This document shows, in pieces, positions 12,101-24,100 of a stretch of DNA of 64,000 nucleotides. Origin of the DNA: Mustelus asterias. Lineage: Eukaryota. The notes under the pieces were generated by a model that was given only the letters and a program-made list of their open reading frames with translations, ran no database searches and was not told the origin of the DNA. Where the stretch lies: NCBI RefSeq assembly GCF_964213995.1, contig NC_135825.1, forward strand, positions 12,648,001-12,712,000, read 5' to 3'. Both the position numbers and the translations under genes were made by a program. Position 1 is the first letter of the stretch. Every line of letters starts with the position of its first letter.

Positions 12101-15100
12101 TGCCTCACACCAAAAGTCCAATGTTACAGTAGAGTGGTGCAAAAGATTTGGAGCATAAGGCAGACAAACTCACTCAAATTTGAGAGTATTAGATTTTTTG
12201 CTCCCAGCTGTGCTTTTCAAAATTAAATGGGAGAAACATCGGGATCTATGTGAAGGAAATCAGTTGTCCTCACAGATCTGTGCCTCATTTTAGCATTCGC
12301 ATCGATACACCTGACGGTACTCTCAATACCCCTGCACAATAACACAATAACTCTCATGAACCTTCCACCTTTAACTCCGGGACCAAACTCTACCTTCTCA
12401 TCACTTTCTCCATACCTTATCTGCTCCTGTATCTTAGGGGCAGCACGGTGGCACAGTGGTTAACACTGCTGCCTCACAGCACCACGGACCCGGGTTCGAT
12501 TCCAGGCTTGGGTCACTGTCTGTGCGGAGTTTGCACATTCTCCCCGTGTCTGCGTGGGTTTCCTCCGGGAACTCCAGTTTCCTCTCTGAAAGTCTGAAAG
12601 ACATGCTGGTTAGTTGCATTGGCCATGCTAAATTCTCCCTCAGTATACCTGAACAGGCGCCGGAGTGTGGCGACTAGGGGATTTTCACACTAACTTAATT
12701 GCAGTGTTAATGTAAGATTACTTGTGGCACTAATAAATAAACTATAAATTTAAACATTATCCAAATCTCAAAAAAATATGTTCACTGTTCGAACACCTGG
12801 CCTCTCACTTCTCTCTAAATTTATATATCCCCCTTCGGTCTCACCCATGTATGATCTTTCATGTACACATATTGGGCATGTTTGCCACTCTAGACCTGTT
12901 ATAACTTCCACAGGTCCAGAAGATGACTTTGGATCGTAGGGCAAATTCTACCCCCAGACATTCCAATCAGGACTCCACCCCCAGTTCCTCTGAAATCCAC
13001 GGCAATTTGGAATGTAACAGTAGGCCTTTCCCCATCCCTGCCTGGCATCTTCTGCCTGATCCAAATCCCCTTTGTCAAACTGGTGCTTACTTTTTGTTGC
13101 ATCTTTGTTATTAAAAATGTGGAAGAAACAAACTCAGTAAAGTGCTAACAATCAAGTAGCTAAAATGGGGAACACTGAAGCAAGTGGGTGGCACAGTTGT
13201 TAGCACTGCTGCCTCACAGAGCCAGGGACCCGAGCTCGATTCTGGCCTCGGGTGACTGTGTGGAGTCTGCACTTTCTCCCCGTGTCTGCGTGGGTTTCCT
13301 CCAGGTGCTCCGGTTTCCTCCCACAATCCAAAGATGTACAGGTGAGGTGGATTGACCAAGGTGAATGTGTGGGGTTACGAGGACAGGGGTGGGGACGGGC
13401 GTGGGTAAGATGCTCTGTTGGAGAGTCGGTGCAGACTCGATGGGCCGAATGGCCTCCTTCTGTACTGTGGGGATTCTATGAAGAGTGCAGTCAGTGAATA
13501 AAAGCCAATGAGATAAACAAGAGAGTTCCAGAAAGATCAATGAAGGAGCCACTCAGAGAGGATGAAAGAGTGGAAAACCAACAAAACACCAGAGAAGGTT
13601 CCAGAAAATGAAAATGAGTGGCATGCTTAGAGAGAAGGGAACATTAATTTTCTTACATTTCTCGGAAGTGTAAAATTATTGTATTTTAAAATGTATGGTA
13701 TTTTCACACTTACAGTTACTTACGCTTCAATAACTGGGCCAAGTGAAAAAGTTGCGACAGTGGGAGGAACAGTCCAATTCAAATGCCGGTTCGACACATC
13801 TTATCATGATTATCAGAAGTACTGGTGCAGAGGCTTTTACCGGAGGAGCTGTACTGTTTTAGTGCAAACCCAAAACCATGAGATGAAAAGCCACGATGGC
13901 AGAATAAAAATTCAAGCTAACAATGCAAAAGGAGAACTTATAGTTGATATGGAGCGAATAACACAAAACGATAAGGGCTGGTACTGGTGTGGAATAGAGA
14001 GACCCCACATTCTGGATCTACTAAGTTCCACAGAACTTAAAGTAAATCAAGGTAGGGCACAAATACATGTTTATTTGTGTGTGTATATTTAAGAATTTAA
14101 TGACATATTTATATTATACAACAGGTTTATATAATTTAATGCAGACTTAATTGTATATTTTGTCAATTGTCCAAGATCCTGGTTTCTCAGTCCAATGTTA
14201 AAATGTTAAAAATTAGGACAATATTGTAAAACCATTGGGGGGGGGGGATTCTCCCGTCCCACCCACCACAGGAATTGTAGTGGGCAGGGGGGCGGACCAC
14301 GCAAATGTCCATTGACCTGGGATGGGATTCTCCGGTTTTGGGGCGAACGAGGGCGGAGAATCCCACCCCATGTGTTGTGCTTTGATCGTTCTACTTAATG
14401 CAGAATTTCAATGAGTAATCACTGCAAATGTATCTTGCTGGTGAATCTGTAACATGAGGATAGCAAATAATCAAATGATATTTTTATACTTCATTTCGAA
14501 TAGCTCCGAAGCCATTTGCAAAGGACAAGGAAAGACTAAGGTAAATGGCCAATGTATTTGAACTGGCGTACTTTGAGCATTTTTAAAAATATGACTGCGC
14601 AAGTGTAATAATCAGAAATGTTCTCGCAGCATTTGTAAGATTTTTTTATGAGATGTGGGCATTACTGGCTTGGCCAGCATTTATTGCCCATTGCTAATTG
14701 CCCTTGAGAAGGTGATGGTGAGCTGTACTCATGAACTGCTGCAATCCATGTGGTGTAGGTACACCCACAGTGCTGTTAGAGAGGGAGTAAAGACTTTGAT
14801 CCAGTGAAGGAATGGCAATATAGTTCCACATCAGGGTGGTGCCAGGGTGCCAGGGGATGGGGAGGGGGCAGTGCCCAGCTGCTCCTGTCACCACCTGGGG
14901 GCTAAACGCATCTCTGAGCCCCCAATCTGGTCATTTTTGGAAACCAATCATGATTCCTGTCGGCGTGATGTCAAGCCAGCAGAAGCAATGATATGGGGAC
15001 GGCAAAAAACTTTTCTGCTAATTTAAATGTATTTAAATTGATGGGAATTAGTTTCATGTCTTCATGCCTGATTACGTTGCTGACGGGGGGTGGGGAAGAT

Positions 15101-18100
15101 CTCCCAGCCATTATGGCCCTCTTGGAAGAGTTAGCAGCCATGACAGGATTTGCATCCAGTGCAAAATCGCCCCCTGGTTCTCACGTTGAATAATTTTCCT
15201 GATGAAGTGACTGTGCTGAGGAATTTCATCTTCTTAGACTCTGAGGACAACTTCCTATCTCACCAATTCCATTTGCCCCCAGCAGCCATTGGTGACCTAA
15301 CTTAACTGAATGGTCAACGAATGCTGAATAATGGGTGGACTGGACTAAGATTACTCAAACACAAACCTTTTGAGTATCATTTTAAATGTATTCCTTCCAG
15401 GGATGTGAATGTTGCTGGCTAGCGCAGCATTTGTTGCCCATTCCTAACTACCCTTGTGAAGGTGTTGGGGTCAGCGGGGGGATGGTGATGAACCACCTTC
15501 TTGAATCACTGCGGTATGTTTGGTGTAAGTATACCCACAATGCTGTTAGGGAGGGAGTTCCAGGCTCTAGACCCAGTGACAATGAAGGGATGGCAATATG
15601 TTTCCAAGTCAGGATGGCATGTGGCTTGGAGGAGGGGTTTCATATGGTGGTTTTCCCATGCATCTGCTGCTCTTGTCCTTCTAGGTGGTAGAGGTCACAG
15701 GGTTGGAAGTTGCTGTCGCAGGAGCCTTGGTGATTTCCTGCAGGGCATCTTGTAGGTGGTACACACTGATGGCACTTGCATGGGTGGTAGAGGGAGTGAA
15801 CGTTTAAGGTGGTGAATGGGGTGCCAATCAAGCAGGTTGTCTTGCCCTGAATGTATCAAGTTCCTCAAATATTGTGGACTTGTGCCTTGTAGATGCTGGA
15901 CTGACAGTTACTCACCTCAGCATTCCCAACCACTAGCCTACTCTTGTAACCACAATATTCATGTGACTGGTCCAGTTCAGTTCTGGATTTTGAGAGTGTT
16001 TATAGTTGATAGTATACAAGTAAAAGAGATCATCTTTCAATTAGTTTGAGTTGGATTCAAGAACAGTTTCATAAATTAAAACACATTTTTCTTTCATACA
16101 ACCTCCCAGTCCTGTACGGTTGGTTTACACAATGTCTTCACAGGAGCATTATCAAGCACAATTTGGCTTTGATATAAGCAAATATTTGGCCAAAATAAGC
16201 ATCTTAAAGGTGTAAAGGGAGGTAGAGAGACAGAGAGCTGTATGGAGGGAATTCCGGAGCTTGGGGCACAGGCAGCCCATGGCCACCAGTGGGGGAGCAA
16301 TTAAAATGAGGGATGCTCAGAGGCCAGATTCTTAGAAATGCAGATATCTTGGAAGGTTCAAAGAATCATAGAATCCCTACAGTGCAGAAGGAGGCCATTC
16401 GGTCCATCAAGTCTGCACTGACTCTCCGAAAAAGCATCTTACCCAGGCCCACCCCCTGCCCTAACTCTGCACCCCCGTGCATTTACCATGGCCAATCCAC
16501 CTAACCCGCACATCTTTGAATACTAAGAGACAATTTAGTATGGCCAATCCACCTAAGCTACACATCTTGGGACATTAAGGGACAATTTAGCATGGCCAAT
16601 CCACCTAAGCTACACATCTTGGGACATTAAGGGACAATTTAGTATGGCCAATCCACCTAACCTACACATCTTGGGACATTAAGGGACAATTTAGCATGAC
16701 CAATCCACCTAACCTACACATCTTGGGACATTGAGGGACAATTTAGCATGGCCAATCCACCTAACTCACTCATTTTTGGACACCAAGGGACAATTTGGCA
16801 TGGCCAATCCACCTAACGTACACATCTTTGGACATTAAAGGACAAATTAGCATGGCAAATCCACCTAAACTGCATATCTTTGGACTGTGGGAGGAAACCT
16901 GAGCACCCGGAGGAAACCCACGCAGACACGGGGGAGAATGTGCAAACTGCCCGCAGACAGTCTCCCAAGGCGGGAATCGAACCCTCGTGCTTTGAGGCAG
17001 CAGTGCTAACCACTGTGCCACCATGCCGCCTTTGTAGGGTTTGAGGAGATACTGAGACATTGAGGCAGGAGGTCATGGGGAAATTTGAAAACAAGGATGG
17101 GCATTGAAAGAGAAACCAGAAAAAAAAATTAAATGGCAGAATTGAATTTTTGGAAAATGCAGATGTTAATTTATATTTACTGCATGTTTAACCAACAGCT
17201 TTAGGGAAATGGAACCTTCGTACCACACTTTTCGTGCAGTATTTTGCACACCAACCACATTTCTAGAACTGAAATAATTGAATGTTCTCGCCCAAAACCA
17301 CTTGTAATCTTTACCATAACTCTGCTCAGCAGCACCTCATCACAGTTTGCAATGGCGAGACCATTCTGTGGGACACATGTTGATTGAGGTGCATTTCTCT
17401 GCATTTCAGTGTCATCCAACATTTCTGTAACGAGTACTATCCTCCACATGACTGAGGGGTGACCAAGTGCGAGTCAGACTGGGAGTCTTTGCTACTCTAT
17501 CTAAGCGACAAAGTAATAAGCTCTTGATTGTTTTATGAATGCAAAAGGAAGACAGTTTTGGGGTTTGCTCGCTATTTATCAGAGTTAGTTAAAGACGGTG
17601 CAGTCAATACTGGTTAGGCTGATTGGCCATGCTAAATTGACCCTAGTGTCAGGGGGATTTGCAGGGTAAATATGTGGGGTTACGGGAATAGGGCCTGGAT
17701 GGGATTGTGGTCGGTACAGATTCAATGGTCCGAATGGCCTCCTTCTGTACTGTTGGGATTCTATGATAATATACACTCAGTTTTCATGTTGTGCCTGTGA
17801 TGGGGGTGCTGAACTTAAGAACATAGGAATTGCTAGAAAAAAAAGGAATGACTGAAACCCACCTAGCTTGCCTTCTACCATCCTGGCCATCACACGATAT
17901 AATGATAATAGAGTTGTTGATTAATAGAATCATAGAATCCCTTCAGTGCAGAGAGAGGCCATTCAGCCCACACCGACAACAATCCCACCCAGGCCTTATC
18001 CCCGTAAACCTGTTAGTTCTCCTGATTCTAAGGGGCAATTTAGCATGGCCAATCCACTTAACCCACGCATCTTCAAAGTGTGGGAGAAAACTGGAGCACC

Positions 18101-21100
18101 TGGAGGAAACCCATGCAGACAGGGGGAGAATGTGCAAACTCCACACAGACAGTCACCCAAGGCCAGAATCGAACCCAGATCTCTGGTGCTATGAAGCAGC
18201 AGTGCTAGCCATTGTGCCACCGTGCCGCCCAAATCATAGCCAATAATTGTAGTCAATCTCTATCAATTGGATGACAACAGGGGCATGGGTATGCTGTGGA
18301 AAAAATCCCTAGAGGGATTTGGAATGTTTATTCCTGTTAGAAAAGCATGTTGTGCGTTGTTTATATTGCAATATTTTCCAAATTCTAACCATTTGCATGA
18401 GGTGGTTCAGTTTTGCGTTTACAAGATGGCACAATGGTTAGCACTGCTGCCTCACAGCGTCAGAGACCCAGGTTCGATTCCCAGTTCGGGTCACTGTCTG
18501 TGTGGAGTTTTCACGTTCTCCCCGTGTCTGCGTGGGTTTCATCCGGGTGCTCCGGCTTCCTCCCACAGTCCGAAAGACGTGCTGGTTAGGTGCATTGGCC
18601 GTGCTAAATTCTCCCTCAGTGTACCCGAACAGGCACCGGAGTGTGGCGACTGGGGGATTTTCCCAGTAACTTCATTGCAGTGTTAATGTAAGCTACTTGG
18701 GACACTAATAAATAAACTTTAAACTTAATTTTATGACCACTTAATCCTTAGAATTTTCACACGCCATGATGGTAAGAAGCAAGATCATATTATAGTCAAC
18801 ACCAAAATTACTTTCGTTACCGTTACATTAATATTCACAACCAAAATTGTGCCAGGAATTCAAATTTCTTTCACTCGATCAGTGGCGTCCTAGAACCTAA
18901 ATTCTGTAATTTCTTCCCTAACACTTTCTATCTCTTTAAAACTCTCCTCTTCTAAGTTGCTCTTACCTGAGCAGTTGGTTACCTGTCCTGAGGTCTCACC
19001 ATGTGACTCAGTGGAAAGTTGGTCTGATAATATGTCTGTGAAAAGCCTTAGATAATTTTACAATATTAAAGGTGCTATATAAATTCAAATCGTTGTTCTT
19101 GCGTTTGCCCAGTTGTATAAAACATTTACAACTGACTGCCCTGCCCTATTGTTCGAGAGGCTCAGAAAAGTAAGGAAATTGGAAAGAGGATTGGTTTATC
19201 TTTTTAAAGAAAGGGTGCGCTTTCTCTCCAGAGTTTTCCCCTGTTCACCTACTGAGGTTCGGCTGAGAGATCCAAGTTATCCGTGATGGACTGGAAAGAA
19301 ATGCAACATAGTTAGAATGTAAATGATAGGAGACAAAGACAACAAGGGCAAGACTTGATGGTGTGAAGAAGCAACAGTTGTCCCACCTTCTCAAGGGCAA
19401 TTGGGGCTGGGCAATAAATGCCTCAGCCAACCACATCCCATGATCAAATAGAAACAAACTGGCAGATATTGAAAACTGTTGCGTTATTGTACATGTTTAC
19501 ATGCCTTGGCCCATGCGTGGCTGATTGCATGCCTGCCTATACTCACATGGTTTCTCACTGTTTATCCGCTAACCGCCCAGACTTTTCCTGACACTCGGAC
19601 TAATCTTTGGAATTTTGACGGTGATGCTTCTCGGGCTTGTGATCCTCGTCATCAGAAAAATAAGAAAGCACAAATATAACGGTAAGCTCTGAATTAAAAA
19701 GCAATTTTCACACAGCTAAAACGGATCCCATCAGGCAAACAGACCCAACTGCAACATAGGAAAAAGAACACCTGGAGAGAGACCTTTAACAAATCACACC
19801 CGTCGAGGCCATAGGAACATGGGAACATTGGAATTAGGAGCAGAAGTAGGCAATTCAGCCCTTCAAGCCTGCTCCGCCATTCAATCAGATCATGGCTGAT
19901 CTTTCCCTTAAATCCATCTCCCCACCTGTTCCCCGTATCCCTTTAACCCTTCTTTTTATGAGAAATATATCTATCAGATTCCACCACGCTATGGGGCAGC
20001 GAGTTCCACAAATTCACCACCCTCTGCGAGAAGCAGTTCCTCCTCATCTCAGTTTTAACTCTATCGCCTCTCAACCTATACCTGTGACCTCTTGTTCCAG
20101 ATTGCCCCACAATGGGAAACATTCAGTCTACAATTACTCTACCAATCCCTTTTAGTACTTTATCTACCTCGATCCAATCCCATCTTATCCTTCTAAACTA
20201 CAGCGCGTATAAGCCCAAACTGTTTAATCTCTCCTCTTGTGTCAACCCTTTCATAGAATCATAGAATCATACAGTGCAGAAGGAGGCCATTTGGCCCATT
20301 GAGTCTGCACCGACCACAACCCCACCCAGGCCCTATCCCCATGACCCCATGCACTTACCCTAGCCAGTCCCCCTGACACTAAGGGGCAATTTAGCATGGC
20401 CAATCCACCTATCACGCACATCTTTGGACTGTGGGAGGATACTGGAGCACCCGGAGGAAACCCACGCAGACACAGGGAGAATCCCCGGAATCAATCTGGT
20501 GAACCTCCTCCGAACGGCCTCCAATGCCGCCACATCCTTCCTCAAATAAGGAGACCAAAAAGTGGACACAACACTCCAGATGTGGTCTCAGCGACACCCT
20601 ACACAATTGCAACAGCACTTCTCTACTTTTACACGCCAGCCCCCTTGCAATAAATGCTAGCCTTCCGACCGACCTCCATCTGCATGTCAACAGAATGTAC
20701 ATTTTGCAACGGCAGAAATCTCCGTGTATTTTCATTTTAACCTGGCACCAGGCTCAGTGAAGCAGTGAGCCAAGGGTGACGGTACTTCCTTTATCTCTTT
20801 GGAAGAATAGGAACTCTGTTGCAGTGTCTATTCAGCGCAGCATAATAGTGACAGGATTGCGAGTAACATCGTGGCAATTTGTATGTGGCACATAGCAATG
20901 TTTATTGTTCCTTGCTGATGATTTTAAAAATGCTTGGGAGTCATTTTAGCAACACAAAGGTGATTTTATTTCTTAATTAAAAGGACTTCTTGTCTGTATT
21001 TTCTCTCTCTTTTGTGTGCTGAGAATCAAGACTCCAGTTTGGTACTGGAGAAAGAAGTGGAACAATTATAATTTTTCGAAAGCAGGATGTATGAGTGAGC

Positions 21101-24100
21101 TATCAAATATCAGATGATCCCTTTGCAAATAGAACTGCCATTATTAAATTAGCTGATGAATAATCACGTGCAGAACTGTTCGCAATTTGTCGACTTGTCA
21201 CCCATTTCAGAGCGAGATTCAATTAAAACAATTGAATCAGGCAATTCCAAAGAAAACAAAAAGGGATTCTGTTTACGCAGCGTCCTCTGTACCCTGATAC
21301 TCCGAGGTACTTCACACTCAAGGCATGGTGGCACGGCGGTTAGCACTGCTGCCTCACAGCACCAGGGACCCGGGTCCAATTCCAGCCTCGGGTGATTGCG
21401 TGGAGTCTGCAGGTTCTCCCTGCGTCTGTATGTGCTCCCTCCGGGTGCGCCAGCTCCTTCCCACACTCCAAAGGTGTGCAAATTAGATGGATTGGCCATG
21501 CTAAATTGCCCCTCAGTGTCCAAAGATGTGTAGACTTGGGGATTAGCAGTGGGGTTGCGGGGATAGGGCCTGGGTGAGTAACCCTGTCACAGAGTTGGTG
21601 CAGACTTGATGGGCTGAATGACCTCCTTCTGCACCATAGATTCACTGATTCAATGTATTTCTTCTTTAATATTGCTGAGAAAAGAGACATGCTGTTGAAG
21701 TTTTTCATCTTGTACTCATCAGGACAGATTCACAAGAATAACTAATCTCAAAGAGAACAACAATTTGTGCTGCATGGAGAAGAGGGTGCTGATTGGTTGG
21801 CAAGTGAGTTCTTGCAAATCTTTCCATGATGAATACAAAGCAAAAAGTTTCGCCAGCATCTCTTTATTCAGCAATACTCAGCGCTATCAAGTGACAACTT
21901 CTTAAATGTTATGATTATTGATAAATAGAACAGGAAGCATGCTTAACAAGGCCCTACGTACACCAAAACCAATAAATGACCAGATAATGAGGACAATGTC
22001 CACAATATTAATACAAGCTCATGCAAATCTCACCAGGATGGGAACCTCTTGCTGACACTCAGGGTTCAGCCTTTTGAGGCTAATTACTCACAGCTCCAGA
22101 TGAAGATCAGGAGCAGAATTAGGCCACTCAGCCCATCGAGTCTGCTCCTCCATTCAATCATGGCTGATATTTCTCTCATCACCATTTTCCTGCCTTGTTC
22201 CCTAACCCCTGATCCCTTTATTAATCAAGTTCAAAGGGAAGCTACAGCATAATATGTCAGATATTCTTCCAAATATCAGAAAGGCTCAAAAAAATGCATC
22301 TTAATCGATTGGCAGCATTTGCCGAGGCAAAAATGGGAGAGGACTGAAGCATGGTGGGGATAAATGTGAGAATAGGTCATCCAATTTAACTGCGGATAAG
22401 TGGTAGAATCATCCAGTGGGCGGCACAGTGACACAGTGGTTAGCACTGCTGCCTCACAGTGCCAGGGACCCGGGTCCAATTCCAGCCTCGGGTGATTGCG
22501 TAAAGTCTGCAGGTTCTCCCTGTGTCTGTATGTGTTCCCTCCGGGTGTGTCAGCTTTTTCCCACACTCCAAAGGTAAGCAAATTAGATGGATTGGCCATG
22601 CTAAATTGCCCCTCAGTGTCCAAAGATGTGTAGACTTGGGGATTAGCAGTGGGGTTGCGGGGATAGGGCCTGGGTGAGTAACCCTGTCACAGAGTTGGTG
22701 CAGACTTGATGGGCTGAATGACCCTCTTCTGCATCATAGATTCACTGATTCAATGAATTACTTCTTAAATATTGCTGAGAAAAGAGACATGCTGTTGAAG
22801 TTTTTCATCTTGTACTCATCAGGACAGATTCACAAGAATAACTAATCTCAAAGAGAACAACAATTTGTGCTGCATGGAGAAGAGGGTGCTGTTTGGTTGG
22901 CAAGTGGGATCTTGCAAATCTTTCCATGATGAATACAAAGCAAAACGTTTCGACAGCATCTCTTTATTCAGCAATACTCAGCGCTACCAAGTGACAACTT
23001 CTTAAGTGTTATCATTATTGATAAATAGGACAGGGAGCATGCTTAACAAGATCCTGCACACACCCAAAACCAATAAATGACCAGATAATGGGGACAATGT
23101 CCACAATATTAATATAAGCTCATGCAAATTTCACCAGAGTGGGAACCTCTTGCTGACACTCAGGGCTCAGCCTTTTGAGGCTATTTACTCACAGCTCCAG
23201 GTGAAGATCTGGAGCAGAATTAGGCCACTCAGCCCATCGAGTCTGCTCCTCCATTCAATCATGGCTGATATTTCTCTCATCACCATTTTCCTGCCTTTTC
23301 CCCATAACCCCTGATCCCTTTATTAATCAAGTTCAAAGGGAAGCTACAGCATAGTATGTCAAATATTCTTCCAAATATCAGAAAGGCTCAAAAAAATGCA
23401 TCTTAATCGATTGGCAGCAGTTGCTGAGCAAAAGTGGGAGAGGACTGAAGCATGGTGGGGATAAATGTGAGAATAGGTGATCCAATTTAACTGCGGATAA
23501 GTGGTAGAATCATCCAGTGGGCGGCACGATGGCACAGTGGTTAGCACTGCTGCCTCACGGCGCCAGGGACCCGGGTTCAAATCCAGCTTCAGGTCACTGT
23601 CTGTGCGGAATTTGCACATTCTCCCCGTGTCTGCGTGGGTTTCCTCCGGGTGCTCCGGTTTCCTCCCACAGTCCAAAGATGTGAGGTTTACGTTGATTGG
23701 CCATGCTAAATTGATCCTAATGTCAGGGGGACTAGCAGGGTAAATATGTGGGGTTGCAAGAGTGGGGCCTGGGTGGGATTGTGGTCGGTGCAGACTCAAT
23801 GGGCCGAATAGCCTCCTTCTGGACTGTAGGGATTCTATGATTCTATGATCCATGCTGGATTCCCTATTCTACGTCTACCAGTATGAGATGACTGTATGAG
23901 GTAGTTGTGAGAACAGCACAGCTATTTTACATTCCATGGCAGACTTGTTATGAGTCAGAGTTATGCTGTAAGAATCTGGGAGTAGTTTAGGTCTGTAATA
24001 AAAGTGAAAGCTGCAACATAAGTTATGAGAAGCTTGTATGTTGCAAGGTCCATATTTTCATGTTTTTTGGGGACATACTGCCTTTTATAGAAGATATCAG

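Larger units (their letters stand above)
21322..23522 (+). repeat. Tandem duplication, two units of about 1.1 kb (~21322-22421 and ~22422-23522)
   Basis: Constant offset of 1100-1102 bp across SINE, PLE palindrome, CR1 tail and unique DNA. Units are highly similar but not identical. Confidence 0.92.

Noticed and set aside
16487-16882. Regular repeat array superficially like a CRISPR
   Set aside because: Units are contiguous with no unique spacers, derive from the SINE body, and the DNA is vertebrate.
17199-17270. Alternative stalk exon candidate for gene 1 after ccaacag
   Set aside because: The phase-1 frame hits TAG with no suitable phase-2 donor. 14504-14540 fits exactly.
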